From the IMG/VR virus record IMGVR_UViG_3300028800_000060, positions 111,699-175,698 of that record: a stretch of DNA of 64,000 nucleotides; one strand, 5' to 3'. Origin of the DNA: a virus. The notes below the pieces were generated by a model. The model saw only the letters and a list, made by a program, of their open reading frames with translations. It was not told where the DNA came from and did no database searches. The number at the start of each line of letters is the position of its first letter. Positions within the stretch are counted from its first letter, which is position 1. Position numbers and translations under genes: made by a program. Below, piece after piece: positions 31,503-41,098 of the stretch.

Positions 31503-31597
31503 CCCCCTTGGAGAGACAAATCTCTCCAAGGGCATCATTATTATAAATAACACCACGAGATTGGTTCGCCAACTCGACAGACACTAAGGAGAACACA

Positions 31598-31918
31598 ATG
31601 AAGAAGCTATTAGCTGTATTGATCTTGGCAGCAGGAACTATGTTCGCACAATTTTCAGTTGGTATTCACATTGGCCCGATGCCAAGAGTACGTATTGAAC
31701 ACCAATCACGTCGTCCGAATGTCCGTTCCATTTGGATCGCAGGACATTGGGATGTAGTCAACAACCATTATGTCTGGCATTCAGGCTATTGGACCCAACC
31801 ACCATATGAAGGCGCACGTTGGATCGCTCCGTCACATGATGGTAAAATGTACCACGATGGTCATTGGGATGGCGACAAAGGCCGCAGAGAAGATGACCAC
31901 GGCAAACATCGTCACTAA
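31598..31918 (+). CDS. Exported YXWGXW/WxxGxW-repeat protein
   Basis: Signal peptide; WIAGHW, YVWHSGYW, W..P, Y..GHW repeats. Confidence 0.8.
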   Translation: MKKLLAVLILAAGTMFAQFSVGIHIGPMPRVRIEHQSRRPNVRSIWIAGHWDVVNNHYVWHSGYWTQPPYEGARWIAPSHDGKMYHDGHWDGDKGRREDDHGKHRH

Positions 31919-31930
31919 AGGAGAAATAAA

Positions 31931-32080
31931 ATGTTACTACTATTGATTCTGCTTTTGTTGTTATTCGGTTGTGGTGGTGGATACTACGGCTACAATCGTT
32001 ACGGATGGGGCGGCGGCACCGGCATGGGACTCGGCACAGTTCTGCTTATTGTCGTAATCTTCGCTCTGTTCTTTAGGTAA
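31931..32080 (+). CDS. Small Gly-rich membrane protein, DUF3309-like (not in ORF track)
   Basis: AGGAG RBS; MLLLLILLLLLFGCGGGYYGYNRYGWGGGTGMGLGTVLLIVVIFALFFR. Confidence 0.75.
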   Translation: MLLLLILLLLLFGCGGGYYGYNRYGWGGGTGMGLGTVLLIVVIFALFFR

Positions 32081-32193
32081 GTGCTTGGCAGTTTGTTGTT
32101 TGTGATGTGCATTCTTGGAGATGACCCCTTGGAGAGACAAATCTCTCCAAGGGCAATGTTATTATAAATAACACCAGGGAGGAGGTGAAACTA

Positions 32194-32268
32194 ATGTTAG
32201 ATTTCTTTTTGGAAATATTGGGTTTTAGGCCTGCAATGGGTATGGATGCCGGTAGTTTCGAAGAATAA
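32194..32268 (+). CDS. 24-aa peptide under late promoter
   Basis: GGAGGAGGTG RBS; MLDFFLEILGFRPAMGMDAGSFEE*; followed by terminator. Confidence 0.5.
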   Translation: MLDFFLEILGFRPAMGMDAGSFEE

Positions 32269-32273
32269 ACACA

Positions 32274-32303
32274 AAAGCCCCGTTATCATAACGGGGCTTT
32301 TTT
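32274..32303 (+). terminator. Rho-independent terminator centred on a GTTATCATAAC palindrome
   Basis: AAAAGCCCCGTTATCATAACGGGGCTTTTTT. Confidence 0.75.
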
Positions 32304-32432
32304 CGTCTCCATTCAAATGGTTCCTTTCTGACATGAATAGTATCACTTGATTCGGCGAGTGTGTGGAAACGTCTTGGAATGACTTGTTTTTCTTGTTGAC
32401 AGCGCAATAAGATAGATGATATGATTTTGAAT

Positions 32433-34137
32433 ATGCGAAATCAACAGCGAAACATTCTACTCCGTATTATCCACGAATACGTGGGCATATCGTATGACCA
32501 ATTGTCCCGCTTGGAAAAGAATGTGTTAAGCCTTGCTGCCACCGGTACTTCCGTGGTGATCACTCTCGATGAATTTGGCGAAATCAATCTGCCGGCTGAA
32601 GTAGCGGAGCTCTTACTCATTTGAGGAACAAATGAATACCGATAAATGCGCGAAGGAATCCGGAGGATGTGGGAAACCGGTAGAGAAATGTAAATGTTGG
32701 TCAACATTACATCATCCGTGGGACTGTGGATGCCATCGGTGTTTATCCGCGGCGCAACGGTGGCAAACGCCCAAAAAGAGGAATAAATGACCGCGCGTGA
32801 AATGCAGGGGGCTATCGGACAACAGGTTTATCTTCGCGATGGAGATGGATGTTGTTCCTTATTGTTCCTATGCACGGTCGTAGATGTAAAAACCGGTTGG
32901 GGGAAGCCAAGGTTTCTCGTAACACCCGTATCTGGTAAAGGAGAAAGATGGGTTGAATTTTCGAGTATTGAACCCGTCAAATCGGAGATTTCATATCAAT
33001 CAAATGCGGAAGTAACCGTAAATAAAACAACGGCCCGATTGACACCGAGCGTCACTTGTGTTAGTATTAAAAAGTTATGAGACTGAAAGACGAGAAATCT
33101 TCCGCCGTGATCGCCGCATATACGGTGGGAACACCCATCCAAAAGATCTACGCCAACCATCGTGTAGGACACGAGGAGATGTACAAGATGTTGCGCAAGA
33201 GAAGTATTCCTCTCCGTGAACTGCACAAAGGTGCTTGTGCGGCGCGCCAGTCAAATAAGATGTCTTGCCGGATTCTTTATTTGCCTGTGGGAGATCCATC
33301 TCCACAGGGAATTATCGATGGAATGACCAAACTGGGTTCCGTAGTAGAATACCGAGTCAGGAACTAGCCATGAAACTAACACGGCAACAGATTGATTTAT
33401 TTGTCGAAGAATTGCGACGGACTGCCTCCTCTTGGGAACGGTACGGTAATACGGATAACACCGATCGTGATATCCGGGAAGATTTACAAGTAATTGCCCG
33501 AAACTGTAACGCGTCTTAAAAGGAAAAGAAAATGACCTGCCAATATCGATATTACGGACCTGGTCAAGGTCCGTCCGAGAATTCGCGCACATGTGGCATG
33601 CCTTGTGGAGAAAAGTATTGTTCGGCGCATGCACACACCTACCATTCATCCGCGGCACAGGCTCGTCAGGAGTTTTACGTGCATCCGACGTGTGCAGGCC
33701 TGGAAGCTCTCGACGACAAGGACGTATTCGATGAGTTGGTGCTGGCCAATACCTACCCTCAAGACTGCCCGGACTGCGGCACTCCGATGGTGTGCGTAGC
33801 AGTGGGGTCGTCTACTACGACCTGGGAGTGCCAGCAATGTCACCCCGGGTTTACGGAAGCAAGTTTGACAATGTAACGCAAATTAAAGGAAAAGAAAATG
33901 ACACAAAATACTCCTGCAAAGGAACTAAAGACGCCGGCGGCCCATATCCCCGGGAAGGCCGATTACCGAATCGATCAAATCCGCCGGTATATGCGGCGGC
34001 ATGCCGGCTTCGCGGTTTTCATCAATGAAACCGTTGAAGTTAAAATGTTGCTAGCTGATGTTTTCGCCGGGGGATTGACCCGGGCGGAAATCAAGCAGTT
34101 TTTCAACAATGCCAGAAAGGTAGGAATGAACCAGTGA
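32433..34137 (+). CDS. Run of small hypothetical genes (32433-32624, 32787-33080, 33077-33367 HTH-like, 33370-33519, 33532-33876 Zn-ribbon CPDCG..CQQC, 33898-34137)
   Basis: Co-oriented packed ORFs; promoter TTGACA-18-TATGAT at 32396-32425. Confidence 0.6.
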
Positions 34138-34742
34138 CATTAGAACAATTGCAACAAAGATTCCCTGATGCCACTGAGGACACATGGTATCAGCACTCCA
34201 ATGGGGGTGGATGGATCCAGAATACGGCACGCGTGGAAACATCGGTGTATGTGGGTCCGGATGCTACGGTATCCGGAAATGCCCGGGTATCCGGAAATAC
34301 CTGGGTATCCGGAAACGCCCAGGTATTCGGAAATGCCTTTGTATCCGGAAACGCCCAGGTAACCGGAGATGCCCAGGTGTTTGGAAATGCCCGGGTATCC
34401 GGAGATGCCTGGGTATCCGGAAACGCCCAGGTAACCGGAGATGCCCTGGTATCCGGAAACGCCCAGGTATCCAGAAATGCCCGGGTGTTTGGAAATGCCC
34501 AGGTATCCGGAAATACCTGGGTATCCGGAGATTCATGGGAAACTTCACCCCTTCAGATCCAAGGCACTCGACATTTCCTCAATATGACAACCAAGTCTCT
34601 ATTGAAAATTGGATGCCATTCACATACCATCCAATGGTGGTTGAATAATTATAGGATCATTGGACAAAAAGAAGGATATACTCCGGATCAAATAAAGGAG
34701 TACAAAAAGTATATTGATCTCTTTAAATCATTGTATATTTGA
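34134..34742 (+). CDS. LbH hexapeptide-repeat protein, paralog 4, with C-terminal IGCH..W domain
   Basis: GTG start overlapping upstream stop; hexads; LKIGCHSHTIQWW...QIKEY tail. Confidence 0.85.
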   Translation: MTLEQLQQRFPDATEDTWYQHSNGGGWIQNTARVETSVYVGPDATVSGNARVSGNTWVSGNAQVFGNAFVSGNAQVTGDAQVFGNARVSGDAWVSGNAQVTGDALVSGNAQVSRNARVFGNAQVSGNTWVSGDSWETSPLQIQGTRHFLNMTTKSLLKIGCHSHTIQWWLNNYRIIGQKEGYTPDQIKEYKKYIDLFKSLYI

Positions 34743-34791
34743 TCCGCATTTTGTTGTTGCGGCTAGTTTTATACTCTGCTATCATCAAAAT

Positions 34792-36024
34792 ATGAAAAAG
34801 CAGACTGTTCGAAACGACTTTGCCGTGAAGCACGCCGCTTGCTTTACTACATTTTCCACGTCGCGCGCCGCGTTCGACTACAACAAAGCGATGTTAGGAT
34901 CGGTGTTTATGGTCCGCACCCAGAACGGTTGGAAGAACTTTTTCTAGGATCCGAGTTCGGGGAGGCTGCCGCGCAAGGTGTTGCCGTTGCTATGACGCCA
35001 ACCGAGGTCCCGACAGCCTCCTCCGAAGGTAACCCAAAATGCAAACTGAATACGATTTGACGGCAGTAGCTTCTCAATGTAAAATCAAAGGCATTCCGCG
35101 GGCAATTGCACAGTATTCGCATCCCGGAGATGCTTTCCTTTTTCTGGTCCTTATCGAACAGGACCACAACTTCGTTATATGGACATATAATGCTCAGGTT
35201 ACTGGTTTTTCCGATGGGCATTATTTTCATTTCTACCCCGACATTTTCTTTGGCAGGCCGGATCGTCGGCATGCATTCTCGGAAGCACTGGCGTGCTACA
35301 AATATCGACTCGGGCTTTATTGCCACTAAAGGAGTAAAATGACAGCACAACAATCCAGGAAGCTCACACTCGGGACCGTCGTGTCACTGACGAGTACTTT
35401 CGAACTGAAGAAACCACAACGCCATAGTGCAATGGTGGTTGCATTGAATGAGCGGGAACATTGGGACCCGTTGGTGACTGTCCGTGTCCGGGATGGACGT
35501 ATTTTGGACTTCGACGCTCACTGGGTCCACACGGACGAGACAATCAAGGACCTCCTTCTTCGAGGATGGCGCAAACAAATTACATCAATGGAAGAGGATC
35601 AAATCCGTTTCATTCTCCGAGAGGAGGATATGTAAAATGGAAAACTACAACATTTTGGATTACTACGAGTCTGATTACGATGGTTGGGATGAAGAAGACG
35701 AGTTTGATATCTTCGAGGACTCCTACGGAGGTTACTCCGGTCTCCCAATCATCGATGACGATGACGATGACGATGAGTGGTTCTAACAATTTCCTTCTAG
35801 GAAGGTGAATCCAAATGGATAATCAAGTTACCACTCTATACCTGAATCAGCACGATAACCAATACTACCTCTCCACGAAAGATTCTTATGGACCCACTTA
35901 TTTTCGTGAGGGATCAAAAGTATTGTGGACCGGTGGTCCCACATGGTTTAAATCGGAGGCAGAGGCCCTTCGGGCAGTTTACAATAGTCCCGGTACTTTC
36001 ATCGTGAAGCCGGGACGCCTCTAG
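34792..36024 (+). CDS. Run of small hypothetical genes (34792-34947, 35039-35329, 35339-35635, 35815-36024)
   Basis: Co-oriented ORFs with RBS or leaderless promoter (TATCAT at 34780). Confidence 0.55.
35637..35786 (+). CDS. Extremely acidic 49-aa peptide
   Basis: GAGGAGG upstream; 21 of 49 residues D/E, no K/R/H. Confidence 0.6.
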   Translation: MENYNILDYYESDYDGWDEEDEFDIFEDSYGGYSGLPIIDDDDDDDEWF

Positions 36025-36275
36025 GCGCGCATAAAACCAAAATAATCCAAAATACCGATTCATACCATTCAAAATAAAGGCATAGGAAGGGAAAGATTCC
36101 ATATAAAGGAACCTTTCCTATTCCATGGACTCGTTATTATAAGTGGCCCATGAGTCTCACCATTCAATCGATTCCTTAAGTGATATCGTAGTATCATTTT
36201 CTTTTGGCAACGAGCTTGGATCGTCTGGGAATGCTCTTGACATTCATAGTATGATTTGATATCATTGATAATGAT

Positions 36276-36635
36276 ATGACACTAGAACAATTGCAACAAA
36301 AATTCCCTCATGCCACTGAGGACACATGGCATCAACACACCAACGGATCCGGTTGGATCCAGAATACAGCACAGGTGGCATCATCGGTGTACGTGGGTGA
36401 GGATGCTCTGGTATACGAGAATGCCTCAGTATCTGGATTTGCCACGGTGACCGGAAACGCCCGGATATATGGAAACGCCGGCATCTCTGGAAACGCCCTT
36501 GTATACGGAAATGCCCGCGTTTTTGGTCATGCTCGGGTATCCGAAGATACTTGGATGGCCGGAGATGTCGAGGTATCTGGAACTGCCACAGTATCCGGAA
36601 ATTCTCAGGTATTTGGAAATGTTCGTTTGTGTTAA
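36276..36635 (+). CDS. LbH hexapeptide-repeat protein, paralog 5
   Basis: Promoter TTGACA-17-TATCAT at 36237-36265; conserved N-terminus. Confidence 0.85.
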   Translation: MTLEQLQQKFPHATEDTWHQHTNGSGWIQNTAQVASSVYVGEDALVYENASVSGFATVTGNARIYGNAGISGNALVYGNARVFGHARVSEDTWMAGDVEVSGTATVSGNSQVFGNVRLC

Positions 36636-36649
36636 TAGGGATATAGTAT

Positions 36650-37141
36650 ATGACACTACAACAATTGCAACAAAAATTCCCTGATGCCACTGAGGACACA
36701 TGGCATCAGCACACCAACGGATCCGGTTGGATCAAGAATACGGCATATGTGGAACCATCGGTGTATGTGGGTCCGGAGGCTACGGTATCCGGAGATGCCT
36801 GGGTATCCGGAAAGGCGCGCATCTATGGTAATGCCCAAATATTTGGTAATGCCTGGATATGCGGAAATGTTTGGGTATACGACGTTGCCTGGGTATACGA
36901 AGATGCCTTTTTGTGCGGAGATGCCCAGGTGTCCGGAACTGCCTCGGTATTTGGCTATGCCTGGATCTATGATAATGCCTGGGTATCCGAAAATGCCCAA
37001 ATATTCGGAAAAGCTCAGATATACCAGAATGCCGGCGTGTCCGGACACGCATGCGTTTGTGATAACGCTCAGGTATTCGGAAATGCATTCGTATCCGGAT
37101 ACGCCCATATGTGCGGAGATGCCTTTGTGTGTGGAATATAA
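36650..37141 (+). CDS. LbH hexapeptide-repeat protein, paralog 6
   Basis: Conserved N-terminus and hexads. Confidence 0.85.
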   Translation: MTLQQLQQKFPDATEDTWHQHTNGSGWIKNTAYVEPSVYVGPEATVSGDAWVSGKARIYGNAQIFGNAWICGNVWVYDVAWVYEDAFLCGDAQVSGTASVFGYAWIYDNAWVSENAQIFGKAQIYQNAGVSGHACVCDNAQVFGNAFVSGYAHMCGDAFVCGI

Positions 37142-37191
37142 TAATGCGTTCTTGACATCCTTATTCTGATTTATTATCATTGTTGACATAT

Positions 37192-37608
37192 ATGACACTT
37201 GATATTGATGTTAAGAAGTACAAGGATGAAATCACGGTCAACGACCTAGTGATCCGGCTCTCCAATATACCCGAAGATCATCCGGAGGATATGCAATATC
37301 TCCGTGATGAGAACAGCCGTGCCTGGGAAACGGTCGAACGCCATGACCAGTCAAACCGCAAAAAGGACCTCGTCATTCGTGAAATGCAGAACGAACTTGA
37401 TCAACTCCGGCTCGCTCAGTCCGTCCCGGGTCCGACCGGTCCGACCGTGATCGAATGGCTCAAGAATGTCCAGAACGGTGAGGAGTACAAGAAGTCCGAC
37501 AAGATTAACCTCATCAAGGCCGTCCGACTTCTCACCTCGATGAGTTTGAAAGATTCGAAGGACCTGGTCGACACCTATGTTCCGAGTGCCACGCTCAAGC
37601 TTCTTTAA
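37192..37608 (+). CDS. Protein with C-terminal ribosomal bL12 (L7/L12) CTD-like domain
   Basis: DKINLIKAVRLLTSMSLKDSKDLVD matches KIxVIKxVRxxTGLGLKEAKxLVE; promoter TTGACA-17-TATCAT at 37152-37180. Confidence 0.7.
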   Translation: MTLDIDVKKYKDEITVNDLVIRLSNIPEDHPEDMQYLRDENSRAWETVERHDQSNRKKDLVIREMQNELDQLRLAQSVPGPTGPTVIEWLKNVQNGEEYKKSDKINLIKAVRLLTSMSLKDSKDLVDTYVPSATLKLL

Positions 37609-37620
37609 TATCCAACCAAT

Positions 37621-37654
37621 CCGGCACCGGAGAGTTGTGGCTCTCCGGTGCCGG
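37621..37654 (+). terminator. 14-bp GC-rich hairpin (no U tract)
   Basis: CCGGCACCGGAGAG-TTGTGG-CTCTCCGGTGCCGG. Confidence 0.6.
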
Positions 37655-37723
37655 GTACCATATACACTGTTATGATAACAATCTCCTCTTGACTAACCGG
37701 CCATGGATATGTTATCATGTATT

Positions 37724-38724
37724 ATGATCGTTAAGATGCGGCTCCATATGAAGCACGAAAAGAAACGAATATCCGAAGCCGAAAGATTGGAACAACTTCT
37801 CAAAAAGGCTTCCAAAGATGCTGCCGAGATCCTCGCTTCCGTGGATCCCAAAGCTGCATTCAACCGAAAACTGATGAATATCCTGAAGGGACGGTAATTC
37901 ATTTTGATACACATTTTATTTTGTTCTCCGTTGAATCACAAACACGACACGGATACCCTACACGTCCGATACTATCTGTCCATAGGATATCATTCGTATT
38001 ACGAGCCGAGTTATTTCCGTGCCGGACAAGGACTGTATATGTCTGCGCCGACATATTTCCTTACTAAAGAGGAAGCCCATTCAGCCGGCGCGGCAATGGA
38101 TTATGATGTCATTGACCGTGACTGCTAGATAAACGCTTGTTCATCCATAATAGTTAACTATCCAGTTAAGTAATTATGGAGTTAAACCATATGGATATGG
38201 AATATTTCAACAATAAATGGTTTAAATTATATCGCCGTGCGTATGAGAGAGTCGGAAGGGGATGATGGAAGAAAATAGAGTGATATAGGGATGGCTAGCC
38301 TTGGATCCCGGTGTCTTATCATTAGGGCCTTTGGATCTCTATTAAGTCCTTTGGATCCCTATGCCGTTAACCCAACACTCCAACCCCTCCGGAACACCAA
38401 CGGCCCCAGTGTACCACAAAGGGATCTAATAGCACGGGATCTATTAGTACATCCACATTTACCTATATTCTTCCGTATTTTTTATGCTACAATAGACTTA
38501 TGATTGACACAAAGACATTCATAGCCCGTCCTGATTCGTTTGATATCACGATCGGTGAGTGGATCGGCCTCTTTGGCGCATCCTATCGGGATAATATCCT
38601 GGATAAACCGGGAACTGAGGTTATTATGTCCCGTGCCAAGAAAACCGAGGATCCTGTTACCGCTCACAATACAGGAATCGATTGGAATTCCCTTCCGTCG
38701 GATGAAGCCGGAGCTACGGACTAA
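37724..38724 (+). CDS. Small hypothetical genes (37724-37897, 37904-38128, 38500-38724)
   Basis: Leaderless starts behind TATCAT (37713) and TACAAT (38488). Confidence 0.5.
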
Positions 38725-39039
38725 AGGAGAACCATATGAAATCCCTAAGTTGGATGGTCCTAATTACCTGGATGGCTCCGTGTCCCATATTACAAACCGC
38801 GGTTATTATGGTTATCCTGTTCCGTATGTCCTTTTCCTTTGGAATGCGGAACTTCTAAGGATCCCGGAGCCCTGGAGGCTCCATGGAACACGTTATCATA
38901 ACACACGGAGCGGCATAACAGTCGGAATAGGGAATATCCATACTTTCGTTATAATAACGTGGCCATGGAAAACCCCACCGGATCCCGAAGGACCCGATGG
39001 GGATTCGTACAACCCGGGCATTTCCGGACACCCAGGGAT

Positions 39040-39430
39040 CTAATTGTCCCAGGGAGTGATGGACGTGATTCTATAGCTTCCCATCAAAGCCCGCAACTCC
39101 TTAGCCGCCAGCTTATTGATGGATTCCTCCAGAAAGCGGAATGCTTCCACGGAGATTTCACCGTCTAACATCATGATATCCAGTTTGATTTGAAAGTGGT
39201 TCATCGTTTTTCTCCTGATTCTATTAGAGCCCTCGGATCTCTTGATGGATCCGGGCTTCAGTGGCCACAAGACGGCGACGGCGAGCTTCAATGGCTGCCA
39301 GCCGGTCGCGGAGATCTCCTCGATACTCGGGCTTCAGACTGTCAAGGCAGTTATAGCCCATCGCCAGCGCCAGATTACAGTCCCGGACTGTATTGATTTC
39401 GTTGATTTCCGGATACGTTTTCATTTCCAT
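39040..39430 (-). CDS. Two small hypothetical genes (39040-39204, 39224-39430)
   Basis: AGGAG RBS before ATG 39204; co-oriented with upstream minus-strand operon. Confidence 0.55.
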
Positions 39431-39436
39431 AAGGAT

Positions 39437-39802
39437 CTATTGTACCTCCTGGGCCCTGTGGGCTTTATCTTCGATCATCTGGACAAGCTGCTTACGATAC
39501 TTGCCGATGCGGATCACGGGGGTGGATCCCCGATGCCACAGCTTGCGGCACTGTTGCAGTTGCTCGCCGTTCAAGCGGCGCCCAGCCATAAGCTGTCGGG
39601 CATACTGGCCAAACAGGCGGGCATCGGCCTGTTGGAGCCCACGTTCGTTATCGTCAATCGTGCATCCGGATGCACGTTCTAACTCAGTCTGACGTGCATG
39701 CAGTGCTAATAGAGCCTTCTCCAGCCACGTGTCGTTCGTTTCGAGCTGATGTAACACCTTTTCTGGTGTCCAATCAGTGAGTTTACGATAATTCACGTAC
39801 AT
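39437..39802 (-). CDS. Conserved-looking phage hypothetical protein
   Basis: WLEKALLALHARQT..E....T...N..G...AD...KY.KQL pattern recalled from large phages; GGAG RBS. Confidence 0.7.
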   Translation of the reverse strand: MYVNYRKLTDWTPEKVLHQLETNDTWLEKALLALHARQTELERASGCTIDDNERGLQQADARLFGQYARQLMAGRRLNGEQLQQCRKLWHRGSTPVIRIGKYRKQLVQMIEDKAHRAQEVQ

Positions 39803-39815
39803 AAGATCTCCGTTC

Positions 39816-39892
39816 TATTAGCGCCCCTAGAGTGCGTCAACACTGAGGAGCGCTAATACAACGTCCCCCACGATAAGACGTGGGGGACGTTG
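39816..39892. other. Two adjacent intergenic hairpins
   Basis: TATTAGCGC...GCGCTAATA and CAACGTCCCCCACG-ATAAGA-CGTGGGGGACGTTG (39859-39892). Confidence 0.65.
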
Positions 39893-39898
39893 CGTACT

Positions 39899-40369
39899 CT
39901 AGAGAGCGGATTCGATAGCGTTGAGTATGCTCTCTTCATCGACGGCGGGAGCGTCGATGAGCTTCACTTCAGTGTTGACGACGGGGGCTGGAGTCTTCTT
40001 TGCTTTCGACTCGCGACGTGGGCGCGATTCGCGCTTTGCTTTCACTGCGGGGGACGCGGGAGCGTCGATGAGCTTCACTTCAGTGTTGACGACGGGGGCC
40101 GGGGCGGACTTGGCGGACTTCGCGACGTGCAGACGAGACAAATCGAAGTTACTGGTCCCCTTGACGCGGAGTGCCGCGTTTTTGCCAATAAAATAGTGCA
40201 CATATCGGTGCCCGAATTGCTCTGAAGCGATGACGTGCAGTATTTTGCTCTGGATGACGGGGTTGCCCCCGTTCGCTGCGATGTACTTCTGCGTGATATC
40301 GAACTGTGCCTGGTTGACTGCTTTCGCTGCGAACAGAGACGCGTGTCCTTCGAGCTTGGTGAATGACAT
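39899..40369 (-). CDS. Paralog of 29657-30205 with basic, repeated tail
   Basis: MSF...EGH.SLF.A...ANGG.PVI..K.LH.IA...YFIGKN.AL...DLSR shared; APVVNTEVKLIDAPA twice. Confidence 0.8.
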   Translation of the reverse strand: MSFTKLEGHASLFAAKAVNQAQFDITQKYIAANGGNPVIQSKILHVIASEQFGHRYVHYFIGKNAALRVKGTSNFDLSRLHVAKSAKSAPAPVVNTEVKLIDAPASPAVKAKRESRPRRESKAKKTPAPVVNTEVKLIDAPAVDEESILNAIESAL

Positions 40370-40439
40370 AGTGGTTTTCTCTCTTTTCTTGACGTTATCG
40401 TTATCGTAAGCTCACTTTGGCTGTGGAGCTTAGTCTACT

Positions 40440-40553
40440 CTACTTGAGAGAAGAGTAGATCGTACGAAACGCAGCAAACGCGATGCAAAGTGCGAACACT
40501 ACAACGATGTCTGTTACGTTCGCGCGTACTACACTGAGAAGCGTTTCAATCAT
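40440..40553 (-). CDS. 37-aa membrane peptide lacking G/P/W (not in ORF track)
   Basis: MIETLLSVVRANVTDIVVVFALCIAFAAFRTIYSSLK*; TG-C-TATGCT -10-like box upstream on minus strand. Confidence 0.45.
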   Translation of the reverse strand: MIETLLSVVRANVTDIVVVFALCIAFAAFRTIYSSLK

Positions 40554-41068
40554 TGTCTTTGTCTCGTTTCTGCGTTTTTTGTACTAGATCGAGCATAGCA
40601 ACAAAAAAGCGAAAAAAGAGCGAACAAAACATTAAAAATCATTAATTTTTTGATGCACACTTGTAATACTCAAATTCCAGACGCTTAGACGTGCTCTAGA
40701 GACGCTTACGTGCTCTGTATCGACGCTATGACATAGACGTGCTCCAGACGTCTGCAAACGCAAAAGAACAGCAGTCTATGTCTAGATCTAGACTACTGCG
40801 TTATGCGACTCTTGAGCGAACAAAGAGCGAAATAGCGATTCTGAGCGTTTCTGAGCGTTTTTTGACGTGTTAAGCGATTCATGCGTGCTTTGTGTCAACT
40901 ATGCTCAACAAATCGCTTGGAACGTCTGCAAACGCAAAAGAACAGCATTCTACGAACGCTTCAGAACTGCATTTGACGTCTTAGCGTTCGCATGCGGAAA
41001 AAACAGTGTAATTTTTACACATAGTACTTGAAGTACTGCGAATTTTTCGTTTTCGCTTTTTATTCTAC

Positions 41069-41098
41069 TTGACACGTTTTGTCCATACTCGCTATGCT
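41069..41098 (+). promoter_or_regulatory. sigma70-type promoter of island genes
   Basis: TTGACA-18-TATGCT with T-tract UP element; ATG at 41108. Confidence 0.65.

Larger units (their letters stand above)
31497..32176 (+). repeat. ~58-bp direct repeat (hairpin plus T4-type late promoter), copies at 31497-31555 and 32119-32176
   Basis: AGATGACCCC(C)TTGGAGAGACAAATCTCTCCAAGGGCA...TTATTATAAATAACACCA twice. Confidence 0.9.
22161..38958. promoter_or_regulatory. Dispersed palindromic operator-like motif GTTAT-N-ATAAC
   Basis: Perfect copies at 22161, 24862, 26720, 29165, 32282, 37669, 38892, 38948; near copies at 30283, 31537, 32158, 36133; all intergenic. Confidence 0.75.

Noticed and set aside
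38540-39692. Plus-strand ORFs 38540-39043, 39242-39682, 39393-39692
   Set aside because: They overlap better-supported genes or operator-containing intergenic DNA, with weak starts and no RBS
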